Both the position numbers and the translations under genes were made by a program. Positions 1 through 12,214 of a stretch of 61,288 bases of DNA are shown here, piece after piece. Source of the DNA: Lama guanicoe. Its lineage: Eukaryota. A model generated the notes under the pieces. It had not been told where the DNA came from. It did no database searches and was given only the letters and a program-made list of their open reading frames with translations. Within the stretch, counting starts at the first letter, position 1. Every line of letters starts with the position of its first letter. The stretch spans positions 4,631,434 to 4,692,721 of the forward strand of contig MU053994.1 in the NCBI GenBank assembly GCA_013239625.1, given 5' to 3'.

Positions 1-2315
1 AGCTCTTTCTAACTTGGTCTATAGATTCATTGCAAACCCGATCAAAATCCCAGCAAGTTTTTTTTTGTGAATATGGACAAACTAATTTAAAGTGGAAAGG
101 CAACAGACTCAGAAAAACCAACACAATATTGAAGGAGAACAAAGTTGCAGGACTGACACTACCCAACTTCAAGACTTAACTATAAAGCTACAGTAATCAA
201 GACAGTGTGGTGTTGGTAAAAGAATAGATCAATGGAACAGAAATGAGAGCCTAGAAATAGACCCACATAAATATAGTCAATATAGTTTGATTTTTGACAA
301 AAGAGCAAAGGCAATTTATTAGAGAAAAGACAGTCTTTTTGAGAAATGGTGCTGGAATAATTGGATATCCACTTGCAAAAAAATGAACTTAGACACAGAC
401 CGTACATCCTTCACAAAAATTAACCAAAAATAGATCACAGACCTAAAACTATAAAACTCCTAGAAGCTAACATAGGAGAAAACCTAAATGACCTTAGATT
501 TGGTGACAACTTTTTATATACAACAAAGACATGATTCATGAAAGAAAGAATTGATAAGACAGACTTTCATTAAATATTCCTGCTCTGTGAAAGGCATTGT
601 CAAGAGAATGAAAAGACAAGCCACAGATCAGAAGAAGATATTTGTAAAATATATATATGATAAAGGATTGTAATCCAAAATATACAAAGAACTCTTAAAA
701 TTGAACAATAAGAAAAGAAACAACTCGTCTTAGAAATGGGCCAAAAAGCTGATCAGACACCTCACCAAATAAAATACACAGATGGCAAATAAGCCCATGA
801 AAAAATGTTCTACATCATATATCATCAGGGAAACAAATTAAAATAACAAGATGCCACTACATACCCAGTAGAATGTCAAAAATCCAGAACACTAACAACA
901 CCAAGAGCTAAAGAGAAGTTCGAGCAACAAGAACTTCATTGCTCCTGGGAACACAAAATGGTACAGCCACTTTGGAAGACCATTTGTCAGTTTCTTACAA
1001 AATTAATGTTTTAGGTCAGTCGCAGCCTGTTGATAGTGATATTACTGGCTAGAAATGCCTGGGGGCACTCACCTGGTCCCATACTACTTGTGGCAAGCTC
1101 CCACAGATGTTTTCCCAACTGGAGCAAATCTGGGGGCTGGACTGGCCTTGGTGGTTATTATGATTGCAAGACACACCCCTGCAACAACCATCAGGCAACT
1201 TTGAAAAAACAAGGTTAATTATTCACAACTCCAGGAGGGTACACAGCATGCATTGGGCCACCCAGTGAGGTTGTGGGTAAAGAGAGAGAGAAAGAGAGAC
1301 AACATGGGCCTGGGGTTCTGCCTTTACTTGAATTGATAGTGGAGTGCCTAGGGTTTCACGGGTTCACTCTTTATTGGTGAATTTAAAACACAAGAGTGGG
1401 AATCAAAGCATGGAAAGAAAAAAGGAGAGTCAGTCAGTTATCCAGATCAACCAGTTTTTAAAAGGAGAACTTCATAGATAGGGTGTCCTGGCTTTTTATC
1501 TAGTTATTTAGCTGGCAACCTGTTTATTCAATATGGATGTCTTTGATTTGAATGCCTCAGCAATCAAAAGCTTACTGTTAGGCATTTACATTATAATCTA
1601 AAAGCTAATTGTCAGGCCCTTATAAAAGATACTACTAACATACAATCCAGCAATTATACTCCTTGGTATTTTACCCAAAGGAATTGAAAACTTATGTCCA
1701 CACAAAATGCTACACACAGGTGTTTACAGCCATTTAATTCATAATTGCCAAAACTTGGAAACAACCAAGATGTCCTTTGGTAGACAAATGGATAAAATGT
1801 GGTACATCCAGACTATGGAATATTATTTACCACTAAAAAGAAACGAGCTATCAAGCTATGAAAAGACATAAACATCACTTAAATGCATATTACTAAGTGA
1901 AAAAATCCCAATCTTAAAAGGCTACATACTGTATGATTCCAACTATATTGGAATTCAGAAAAGAGAAAACTAAGGAGACAATAAAAAGATCAGTAGTCAT
2001 CAGGAGTTAGGGGGAGTAGGGGTTGAGTAGGCAGAGCACAGAGGTTTTCTAGGGCAGTAAAACTACTCTGTATGATACTATAATGGTGAATATAGGTCAT
2101 TATATATATGTACAACATCAAGAGTGAACTCTAGTGTAAAACTATGGACTTTAGGTGATAATTTATCAATGTAAGTTCATTAATTGTAACCCTTTGAAGG
2201 GGGGTTGTTGATAATGGAGAATGCTATGCATGTGTGGAGATAGAGGTTACAAGGGGAATATCTGTACCTTCCATTCAATTTTGTGAACCTAAAACTGGTT
2301 AAAAAATAAAGTCAA
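1..2315 (+). mobile_element. L1 LINE (L1MC1-like), 3' ORF2 + 3' UTR, decayed; interrupted by an LTR at 1007-1624
   Basis: ORF2 motifs (ctataaagctacagtaatcaagacagtgtgg; ggtacagccactttggaagac) and an L1MC1-type 3' UTR ending gaacctaaaactgg...aaaataaagtc; many stops and frameshifts. Confidence 0.9.
1007..1624 (-). mobile_element. ERVL-class solo LTR (MER76-like) inserted in L1
   Basis: Non-L1 block starting TG that splits otherwise contiguous L1 sequence; reverse complement resembles recalled MER76 (aagcttttgattgctgaggcat; ttcaccaataaagagtgaaccc). Confidence 0.7.
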
Positions 2316-2684
2316 TTTTTAAACAAGAGAGAGGGAGAATATGTATGTTTACATGTTGAACACTTGAAAATGCTCTTTAGACAAGTAGAATGTAATTTTT
2401 TTCTGTTTCCTGACCTTTCCTGATCATGGACCTAGAACTCAGAGTGTCTTAATATATTTGAGATTAAAAGTCTGGATAAATTTTATTAACTTTCTCATTG
2501 TTAGACATCATTAAAAAAGAAAAGGCCATGACTTCTCATAGATAAAGATCAGTTAGCACTGCTTTGCTAGTACTTTTGTGAACATCATGAGTTTGTGAAC
2601 ATGCTATAAAAATATGGTTAAAATTGTCTATAAGTTAAACTTTAGAAGATACTTCACGTGAAGCTTGAAAATATGATTTTCAGT

Positions 2685-2830
2685 TGGGATCACACCACTT
2701 ACTTTCTGAAGGATCTTGGATGAGTCCCATGACCTCCTCTGAGCCTGTTTCCTAATATGTAAAATGGTAATGGTTTCAGGTTGCATGTTCACCACATGCT
2801 TTAAGGATAAAATGAACTAACATGCAAATG
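2685..2830 (+). mobile_element. MIR SINE fragment
   Basis: Core-like ctctgagcctgtttcctaatatgtaaaatgg followed by aggataaaatga. Confidence 0.65.
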
Positions 2831-2879
2831 ATTTACATATATATACATATATAATATTTTGAATTATAATAATATTATA

Positions 2880-3140
2880 TATGTTTATTTATTTATGTAT
2901 TTATAATTTATTACATGCCTATTACATGCCAACATAGTGCTAGGGAAACCAAAACGAAGAAATGAAGAAAATTTGTCTCCTATAACTGAGAAGAAGTTTC
3001 AAGTCTAGCAAAAGAGATAGATGTGTGAACCGACAAACAAAAATGCAGTGCTGTATGAACCCAGGGGAGGTGCTAAATAACTGTAAGGACTGTCCAGGAG
3101 AATTTTGCAAAAGATTTGAAGTTTGAAATTGATTTTGTTG
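2880..3140 (-). mobile_element. L2 LINE 3' fragment
   Basis: ttatt...gcctattacatgcca...gtgctaggg...gtctag pattern typical of a reverse-oriented L2 3' end. Confidence 0.5.
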
Positions 3141-3288
3141 TCACCATTCAGAGAAAAGAAAGAATTCAAGGTTGAGACAGCACCATGACTTTGGCATGAG
3201 AGAACAGAGTGATGAGGAAATGAAAGGAAGTGTGGGACGGCTATATAATAGGGAGTGTGGGAGCAAAGTGGAAGATGGGACTGATGGG

Positions 3289-3789
3289 TATCTGAGGTTG
3301 AGAGTTTCCTGGAAGTAAACCCTGTGATGAGGATTGATGATCAAATAGTTTTTTAAGTAAGTGCTTACAGAAGAAACCAGTAAGACAGAGTGGGGAGCAA
3401 GGCAGTGAAATTGAAGAAGGCAAGCAAAGGTTTGACGTCAGGCAAAGTCCCAGACAGGATAACTTCAACCTGATCCTGCAGCTAAATTCTAAAAGATAAG
3501 TCATCCTTCAGAACTGTCTGACTCAAAGCAAAGAACCAGACCTTCATACTTTGGCACATATCAGTCCATTGCCTGAGGATCATCCAGGGAATTGCTAATT
3601 CTGCAATATTTGTTGTTCTCTGTTTCTGCAGGACAAGTAGCTCTGCTAGCTTGATAGCAGTTCTCTGAAGTAGAGTTGAGGGTGCAAGTGTTTGGACACA
3701 AAAACATACCCAAGTTGGAAGGAGAGTGCATAGAAATGGTAAAAGGGACCTAAAAGGGATACAGGCTAACCCTGGCAAAATCTGCTATA
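3289..3789 (-). mobile_element. ERVL solo LTR, LTR16/LTR33 group (LTR16E-like)
   Basis: Collinear with the recalled consensus (caggcaaagtccc, cctgatcctgcag, gaaatggtaaaagggacc); ~500 bp. Confidence 0.75.
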
Positions 3790-4692
3790 GTTGGAGCTGA
3801 TAAGATAGTCTAAGTTAAACTGCAGATGAGCTCATAAACCAATTGTCTTCAAAAATGTTTTCTTTACATGCCTACCAAAATAATGTTTTACAATAACAAG
3901 TGATTCCTTGGTCACTTTAGATTGACACATAAACTTTTATTAAATTAAGGTGATATCTAAAATTAGGTCAGCATTACTCTAATACCCAAACCAAATAAAG
4001 ACATTACAAGAGAGGACAACGATACACCAATATCTCTCATGAACTTAGGTGTAAGATATTAATCAAAATAATACCAAATCGAACCCAGCATTACATAAAA
4101 TATCACAACCAAGTGTGGTTTATTCCAGGCTGGTTCAACATTTGAAAGTCAATCAATATAATTCACATTAACAGGCTAAATAAGAAAAACCATCTGATTA
4201 TATCAATAGGTGTAGAAAAAGCATTCGATAAAATACAACATAAATTCATGATAATACTCTCAGCAGACTTAGAAGATAAGGGAACTTCCTTGATCTAATA
4301 AAGGTTATCTACAAAAAAAAAAACCAAAACAACTATACCTAACATTATACTCTGTGGTGAGAGACTAAATGTAATCCCCTTAAAATCAGACACCAGGCAA
4401 GGATGCTGCCTTTTACTACTACTATTTAATAGAGTACTAGAAGTCCTAGCCAATGCAAAAAGACAGAAGAGGGAAGCACAAGACATACAGATTAGAAAAG
4501 AAAAAGTAAAACTCTTTGAGACAACGTAATTGTCAACATAGAAAACCTTAAAGAATACAAAATAAACCCTCCCATAACTAAGTAAATTTAGAAAGATTGT
4601 AGGATACAAAGTCCATATACAAAATCAGTTGTATCTTTAAATACTAGAAATTAAAAACCAGAATTAAATTAAATTAATTTAAATTAAATTAT

Positions 4693-5254
4693 TGTTATAG
4701 CTTTTTTTTTTTTTGATGTGTCAACTTGACAAGGCCACAGCTTTCAGGAATTCAATCAATCTAGGCGTTGCTACGAAAGGATTTTGCAGTTATTAAGTCC
4801 ATAATCAGTTAATTTTAACTTAGGGAGATTATCCTGGATGTTCTGCGTGGGCCTGACTTATTCAGTTGGAAGGCCAAAACCTGTACTGAGGCTTGAGAGA
4901 AAGAGAAAGGGGGAAGGGGGATGAAAAGGGAGAGAAGAAGGAGGAGGAAAAGAAGGAGAAGGTGAGGAGAAGGAAGAGGAGGGGGAGAGGGAAGAAGAGA
5001 TGGAAGAGGGAAGAAGGGATAGGAGAAAGGAGAGAAGAGAGAAGAGGAGGAAGAGAAGGAGGAGGAAGGGGAAGTGGAGGAAGAAATTCTACTTGTGAAC
5101 AAGAGCTTTAGCTCATACCTATGGAGTTTTATCCTGTTGGTGATCTTCCCTTCCTGATCAGCCCTCACAATCACAGAAGCCAATCTCATAATAAATCTTG
5201 ATAGATAGATAGATATTACTAAATCTGCTTTCTGGTTAAACATTGACTAGTACA
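4693..5254 (+). mobile_element. ERVL solo LTR (MLT2D-like) with internal purine-rich expansion
   Basis: TG...CA ends; atgtgtcaacttg; gggagattatcct; gtgggcctg; terminal tgactagtaca. Confidence 0.85.
4895..5086. repeat. Polypurine (GA-rich) low-complexity tract
   Basis: ~190 nt of almost only A/G. Confidence 0.95.
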
Positions 5255-8200
5255 GGTGTAAATCTAACAAAACATGTTGTATAGGATCTGTATATTGAAA
5301 ACTGCAAAAAATTATGAGAGCAATCCAAGAAAATCTAAATGGAGAAATATGCAGTTCATGAACTGGAAGACCCAATTTTATCAAGATATCAGTTCTTTGA
5401 TCTATAAATCCAACACACTCGTCATCAAAATGCAGAAAGCTTTTTTAGATACAAAAAAATTCATTCAAACATTTATATGAAAAGAAAAAGGATCTAGAAT
5501 AGTAGAAAAAAATCTGGAAAGAAAGGAAAGTTGGAGGATACACATTACCTGATTTTAGTATTTACTATAAAGCTATATAGTATTGGCAAAAGGACAGACA
5601 TAGAGATCAAAGGAACAAAATAATAAGCCCAGAAACAGACACATACAAATACAGTCAATTTATATTAGACAAAGGTACAAATGTAATTTAATGTAGAAAG
5701 TATCAACTTTTCAACAGACGGTGCTGGAACAACTTGATGTCCATATGCAAAAGTATGAACCTCAGCACATACCTCATACTAAAAATAAAGTTTAACTCAA
5801 AATGGACTGCACAACTAAGTGCAAAATGTAAAACTGTAAAATTTCTAGGAGAAAGCCTGTATGGCCTTGGGTTTTGCAATGAATTTTTAGCTATAACATC
5901 AAAAGCAGACTGGGAGGAAATACTTGCAAAGCACGTATCTGATGAAGGACTTATATCCAGAACATATAAAGAACTCCTAAAACTTAACAAAAAGAAAATA
6001 AATAACCTAGTCAAATAAAATAAAGATCTGAACGGATGCTTTATTAAATAAGATATGAGAAGGGCAAGTAAGCATATAAAAAGATGTTCTAGATCATTTG
6101 TCATTAGAGAAATGAACATTAAAACAACAAAGAGATTACTACACTTCTATTAGAATGGCTACAGCTTTTAAAACCTGACAATAAAAAATGCTGGCAAGGA
6201 TGGAAAGCAACATGTACTCATTTATAGCTAGTGGAAAACAGAATGGTAGTCACTTTGTAAAACAGTTTAGCAGTTGCTTATAAAGTCAGCCATAGATTTA
6301 TAATACAAATCATACTCCTTGGTATTACCACAAGTGAATTAAAAATTTATGTTCACACAAAATCCTACATACAAGTGTTTTAGCAGCTTTTCATAATCTC
6401 AAAATACTGCCAGCAACCAGATGTCCTTCAATGGGTGAACGAATAAGCAAACTGCTCATTGGACAGTCATACAATGGAATACTATTCAGTGATAAAAAGG
6501 AATGACTTATTGACAAACACAACATAGGCGAGTAATAAACACATTTTGCTAAGTAAAAGAAGCCAGACTCAAAGGATATGTACTGTATAATTACATTTAT
6601 ATGACATTCCAGAAAATGCAGTTTTAGGAATGAAGAACACATCACAGATCACCAGTGTTTTAGGGAAGGGGGACTGGCTGACTACAAAGGAGACGCACAG
6701 AAAAATTTTTAGAGTAATGAAATCATTCTATATGGCACTAGGCTAGTAGTTACATGACTCTGTGCATTTGTGAAAACCCTAAGTACATCACCAAAAGTGA
6801 ATTTTAAAGTATGTAAATTAAAAAATCAACCAGAATGTCAAAAGATCTCTAGATGGGATTCAGATTATGACAAATTATCCTAACTATATAACAAATTTAT
6901 TATATAACCTCAGTGAAGGGTGTCAGGAAAAAGAAGCTGATTAAAGTAATTATGGAAAATGCTGTTTTCACTGGAAAAAGTGAGGCTAAATACAAAAAGA
7001 CTATTTATAAACAGTGTACTCTAGTGGGTACATTGGTTTTTTAAAGGGTATCACTTAAGAAGTCTGAAATCTTTATGTACATATTATGATAGAATATATA
7101 AGTAAATAAATAATATATAATGCAGTTATGTTGCTCACCATCAGAGAAAAAAAGATTAAAAATAAGCTAGGGGAAGACTAGAACAAACCCTGTGGTGCTG
7201 GATTAAAGTTGGAGACATCAGTATGAATTTATGTTTAGCATAATGTATGTACAAATAGATACAGAAATAAAAATATATGTATATGTTGCTTAATATGCAG
7301 ACTTATATTTCCTAGGTCTTTCTCCTGAGAGGGTTTAGAAGTAATGATAGCCCAGTAGCAATGAAGCATAATCAGTGCCCAGATTTTGTTTTTTAAATAC
7401 CATTCTTTAATAAAAGCAACCTGGGCTCCTCGGAAAAATAGCTAATTATGGGACTGGGACAGGAAATACACAGGATGAGCCTGCAGCATTTTATATTGCC
7501 AGAAAGAAAGGAAGAAACAAAGAAACAAAAGGATGGGGTGTGTTAAAGGGAAACAGGAGCCAAACTGAAAGACCTTCCCATGGCCAAATCTAGAACAAGA
7601 TCTGATCCGATTATATGATCTGGCCCTTGTCCATTTGTATATTCAGTCTCTCGATATAAATGAGTCCATACTTGATAAACAATTGATTGAATAAATAAAT
7701 ATATGGGGCACAGGGGATAAATCTTTCTTATAGAACATATGTAGATATTTTCCCATTCAGGAGGTGGAGCTTAATCCCCTCCACCTGAGTATGGACTGGA
7801 TTTAGTGACTTAACTTCTAACCAATACAGACACGGAAATATAGTAACTTTATAGTGTGGAAACTTGGCAAGCACTACTTTGGGCAGATGATTAAGGCTAA
7901 CATCTAGCAATAAGTCATGCTGATGGCAAGCACCCCCACCATGATGTGATGAGAAGGACACTTTGCTTCTGTGACTTTCTCCAAAACCCATAATCCCAAT
8001 CTCATCAAAAGAAAACATCATGAAAAACCAAACTGAAGGACATTATACAAAATACCTGAGCAATTCTCTTCAAAAATATCAAGGTCATGAAAAGCAAAAA
8101 AGGCTAAGGAACTGTCACAGATCAGAGGAGATTAAGTAGACATGAACTAAATGTAATGCGGTTTCTTGGATGGGATCCTGAAGTGGAAAAAAAGATATTA

Positions 8201-10312
8201 ATTTTTTAATAAGAAGAAAGGAAAAAAAAGAAAAAGAAAAAACTAAGGAAATCAGAATAAGTATAGAGTATAGCTATTATTTCTCTTAATGTTTTTAGCT
8301 TTGATAAATGTATCATGGTTATGTAAGATGTTAATATCTGAGAAAACCAGGTGAAGGGCAAACAGAAACTCTACTATCTTTGTGACTTTTCTGTACACAT
8401 GAAAGTATTTCAAAATAAAAAGTTTATCTAAGAAAAATAATATGTATCTCTTCAGGTACTTCTAAGTTGATATCTAAACTTTTTCATCACAAGTTAAAAT
8501 ATTTGCAAGAGATATAATTTCTAACATATTGTAAATATTGTTATTTTAAATTAAAACTGTCACATCACACTCTTTTAAATATATTCAAAAGACTATAAAT
8601 ATCAAAGCAATTTGAGCCACCATCTTCAATTTAAAAAATACATAACAAGCCCTTCTCTTAACTGTCAGAAATATTAAATTATTCCCTGTTCTCCTTGAAC
8701 TCATATTTCCAAATTACTTACCTTCCATAATTTAATTCTATTGAGATACATTTTTATTTTTTAAAGCCCCATTCATTACACTAACATACCTCCTTTGCAA
8801 TAAGAATATATATAAATTAAAACTTTAATTTTTAAAATTACCCATGACCTTAAGGCTTAAGTGTTAATTATAATTAGATTTCAATTCAGAATAAATTTTT
8901 ATTAGTAATACACATTTGATCAAAATGGACTATATTACAAAAATTTGAAAGTTATTAACCCTAAAAAGCAATCACTTATTGGAATTCATATCTTAATGAG
9001 AAGGATAGAGGTTATTTTTGCCTTAAGGAGGACTTTTGATATCAATATTTGGAATTGTCTTTCTGTTTGTTACCCAGGAGGGTAACACTCATGGAAAAGC
9101 TCAGTAACAGGATTCCAATTGAGTGAGAAGTGTGCCTTTCTCTTGTAAAACAGAATAAAGGAGAATGTGAAATAAAAGGGGAGTGTGGGAATTCAGCCTG
9201 AGGTCTTGACTCCAAGTGCATTTTCACACAGAAAATATAAAAAAGAGTAAATATGGAAGTTTAGGGTTTATAAAGTGATCCCCTTAAAACCATCCATTCC
9301 TGTGTCCCAATTAAAAAGACTTCATATATCTCAGGGAGTCTGGAAGCTACCCTCATGAGAATGCTGAACGGGTCGGGTTTATCCCACGGGCCAAAGGAGA
9401 AAGACTGGAGCCGCCGAGCAGAAAAGATTTTGTACTTTAGAAATAGAATCTGGGTCATTATTTCCTGGATGGATGAAAGGAAACAGGAACTAGAGGAGTA
9501 GTGGAGTTGGTGCTGCAGAGAAATCTTGATTTAAGAGTCCCTATGAAGGAGCTCTGGCTCTCTTCCTAGGCAGGTTCTTATTTATCAGACAATGAGATCC
9601 ATTAAGTGGTAATCATCTCCCCAAGGAGCCATTTCCCCTGGTATTTCAGTTCTCTAAGTGTCAGGTAATTCTCATTCCAACAAGCTGAACTTATCGACAC
9701 AGAGCAGTGCATATTATCAGCCACAGTCCCCGTGACTACAACACAACGTGAGGAGTCTAAAGCACCTTTTCGTCTCTATAAATGTGGAAGAAGACATTTC
9801 ATCCTTAGCACTTTCCACAATCCAGTTATGTCCCAATTTAAGGAAACCCTCTGCAGTTAGAATCCCGCTTAAATGAATGCAAAGAACAAAACCGGAGTCC
9901 TTACAGAGTGACCTTTATATCCGAGCAGACAGTCTGTATTAATCTCGTATTGCTGGCATGAGCAAGACTGTATTTTCAGAGCTTCCCTCATCCATTTAGC
10001 AGGTACCTTCTGGGGGGATTATTTGGGTACTGTCCAAATCTAGATACCTGTAAAATACTAAATGTTGTAAATAAACCATTCTTCTTTTCAAAATACTGTT
10101 CTGATTGTGGGTTTGGTATTTTCTGAGTAATACCAAAATTGTGTTTTGCATGTTTGACACTCTGGGTTAAAGGAAAATTATGTTGCTGGGGTGAAATGGT
10201 ATCTTGACAGGAATTATATAATGCAAGTCACAGAAAGCAGTATACTGAGTGCTGACAGAGACACTCCCCTTGACCAAACTGAGCGTCCTTCCAGACCTAC
10301 CATCCTTGTTCT

Positions 10313-10870
10313 TGAAGGAGATTATAGTATGCCACCCCATAATATACCACTTTGGATTATTTTGAGCTGAAGGCAATTAAGAAATAGCAGACGCAGGAAA
10401 AAGCTCACTGCCATTCCCTTTTCTGCTTAAAGACAAGGTATAAATTTCCCTTTATGAAGGTGTCCCCCTCTTCTCCTGTACCAAGAGGAGGGTAATGATT
10501 CTTAATCACCAGAAACACTTTATCACTCCCCAGAGACTGCATGAGATTGAGTCTGCATAACCACCTTAAAAAAATAGCTCTTATCTTCCATTCGTTTGCC
10601 CAATATACTTACCTTCCCACAATTTACCACCGTTAGAAACCCAAATCCCTTTCCCTTTGTTTTGTTACTTCTCCACAATTTATTACTCTTTTTGTTAAAA
10701 TGGTATACAAAATACCATCTAACTGATTCTCTGGGTTTTCACTTCTTGTCTAGGCTTCCATATGCACATATAATATACCTTCTCTCCTGATAACTTTCCT
10801 GTTAGTTTAATTTGCAGGGCCTTAGTTACTGAACCTAACAGGGTAGAGGAAAAGTTGTCTCCCCCTCTGC
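10313..10870 (+). mobile_element. ERV1 solo LTR (MER34A-like)
   Basis: Start tgaaggagattatagtatgccacccc...ggattattttgagctgaaggcaa; end actgaacctaacagggtagaggaaaa; homologous to 48906-49453. Confidence 0.85.
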
Positions 10871-11044
10871 CGGAATTGTCCTCCCTCTATTAAAGACGAT
10901 TCTGTAAGTAGCTGGCTCAGGGTCCAGAAACTAGGACTCATCTCCCATGTGCCACTTATTAATCTTTTCTTTAAAAGGATTTTTAAATAATATATTCTTG
11001 TAAAATTAAAATTAAAACTAGACAGAAGTAAAAAGTGAAGTTCC

Positions 11045-11699
11045 TCTCTTAGGTTGGATTCTCCCCAAATCAGACCCTGAGATTACCATTTGGGGACAAG
11101 CAGTTTATTTGGAAGGTAAAGGAGCCCAGAGAGGGAGCCAGAAGAGGGAAGGAAAGTCAACAAAGGATGTGTCAATAAGCAAGTTCTCACTGGTGGCAGT
11201 TGGGGCCAATTCCCCTAGTAGATGGCATTAAAAAGTTGGCAAACGTACAGCCCATGAGCAAAATCTAGCCCACTGGCTATTTTTATATGTAAAGTTTTCG
11301 TGAAATATAGCCACTTCCTCTTTTTGTTGACATGCTTTCCTATGAGTTGAATAATTATAACAAACAACATCACACTGAAAGCCTCAATTACTTACTTTTC
11401 GGCCCTACAGAAAAAGTTTGAAAGTTCATGGTATGAACATGCCTGAGAGCTGTCCCACCTGAGGGTGAAGAAGTTGAAGTATTTACCTCCATTCATTACT
11501 CATCAGCTCAGGACTGCCCTGGGGGTGCTAACTCCTTAGACCTACAGGCTGACTCTGTAGACAGGCCAAGCACACCCTGATGTCCAGCGGACACCCTCCT
11601 GCAGAGAGTCGCCTGTGCTTGCAGTAGGAAACTCTAGGTATGTATGGGAACAGTGGGCATCAAGGAGATGCGGGCAAGACAAGAACAGCATTTGCTCTA
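11045..11699 (-). mobile_element. ERVL solo LTR (LTR33-like), split by MER58A
   Basis: cagaccctgaga...gtttatttgg; tgcttgcagtaggaa; flanks gttcc/attcc resemble a 5-bp TSD. Confidence 0.75.
11230..11430 (+). mobile_element. hAT-Charlie MITE (MER58A-like)
   Basis: ttggcaaac...taaagtttt...atagccac...ggccctacagaaaaagtttg. Confidence 0.75.
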
Positions 11700-11799
11700 A
11701 TTCCCATCCACATACCCATCAATTCCAATCCCCAGAGGTAACCACTTTACCAGTGTGACATGGCTCTTCCCAGATGTTTTCTCTGCATACAGAATGTGT

Positions 11800-12214
11800 T
11801 ACACACATTTGGGTGCACTAGCTTATCTGGGAGTTGATGCTGGGGCAGGCGTGAAAGAGCAGGGAGCCTGAGAGAAAGAAGGAGAAAACTCGAATGAAAG
11901 TTTGTGTTATTGTGCTGGTAACTGCTGTGGGCAACTGGGGACCCTCTCAGTGCCTTACAATGGTCCCCTTGTTGCTGGCTGAAGCTGAAGGTGTTAACTT
12001 CCTCTCAGTATGGGGCTCCCCTCCAGGAAGACTGAATAAGCTTCTATGGCTTTGGAAAAAAAAAAACTCTCAGGAGGCAGAAAAAGCTAGAATAATAAAG
12101 CAAGCATTTGAAGTAACATGTTGACAACACACATGGGAACCGTCCAACACAGCTGCCCTTGAAATCAGGCGTAGGCCATGGGACTGTGCTAGGGAACCAA
12201 CATTGTTTGCTACA
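11800..12214 (-). mobile_element. ERVL LTR (LTR33A-like), partial
   Basis: ctgctgtgggcaactgggg; gtgttaact; ends tgtttgctaca. Confidence 0.65.

Larger units (their letters stand above)
3965..8435 (+). mobile_element. L1 LINE (L1MC3-like), RT region through long 3' UTR, decayed; interrupted by MLT2D
   Basis: RT motifs (gtagaaaaagcattcgataaaat = AEKAFDKI-like; caggcaaggatgc = RQGC-like) and an L1MC3-type 3' UTR (aaccctgtggtgctggatt; ggtggagcttaatcccc); A-rich end. Confidence 0.9.

Noticed and set aside
4815..5243. 142-aa and 72-aa ORFs
   Set aside because: Same artefact, inside an MLT2D LTR purine tract.
5703..6119. ORFs with L1 ORF2-like peptides (also 21297-21494 and 41707-42149)
   Set aside because: Short surviving frames of decayed L1, or their antisense; not host genes.
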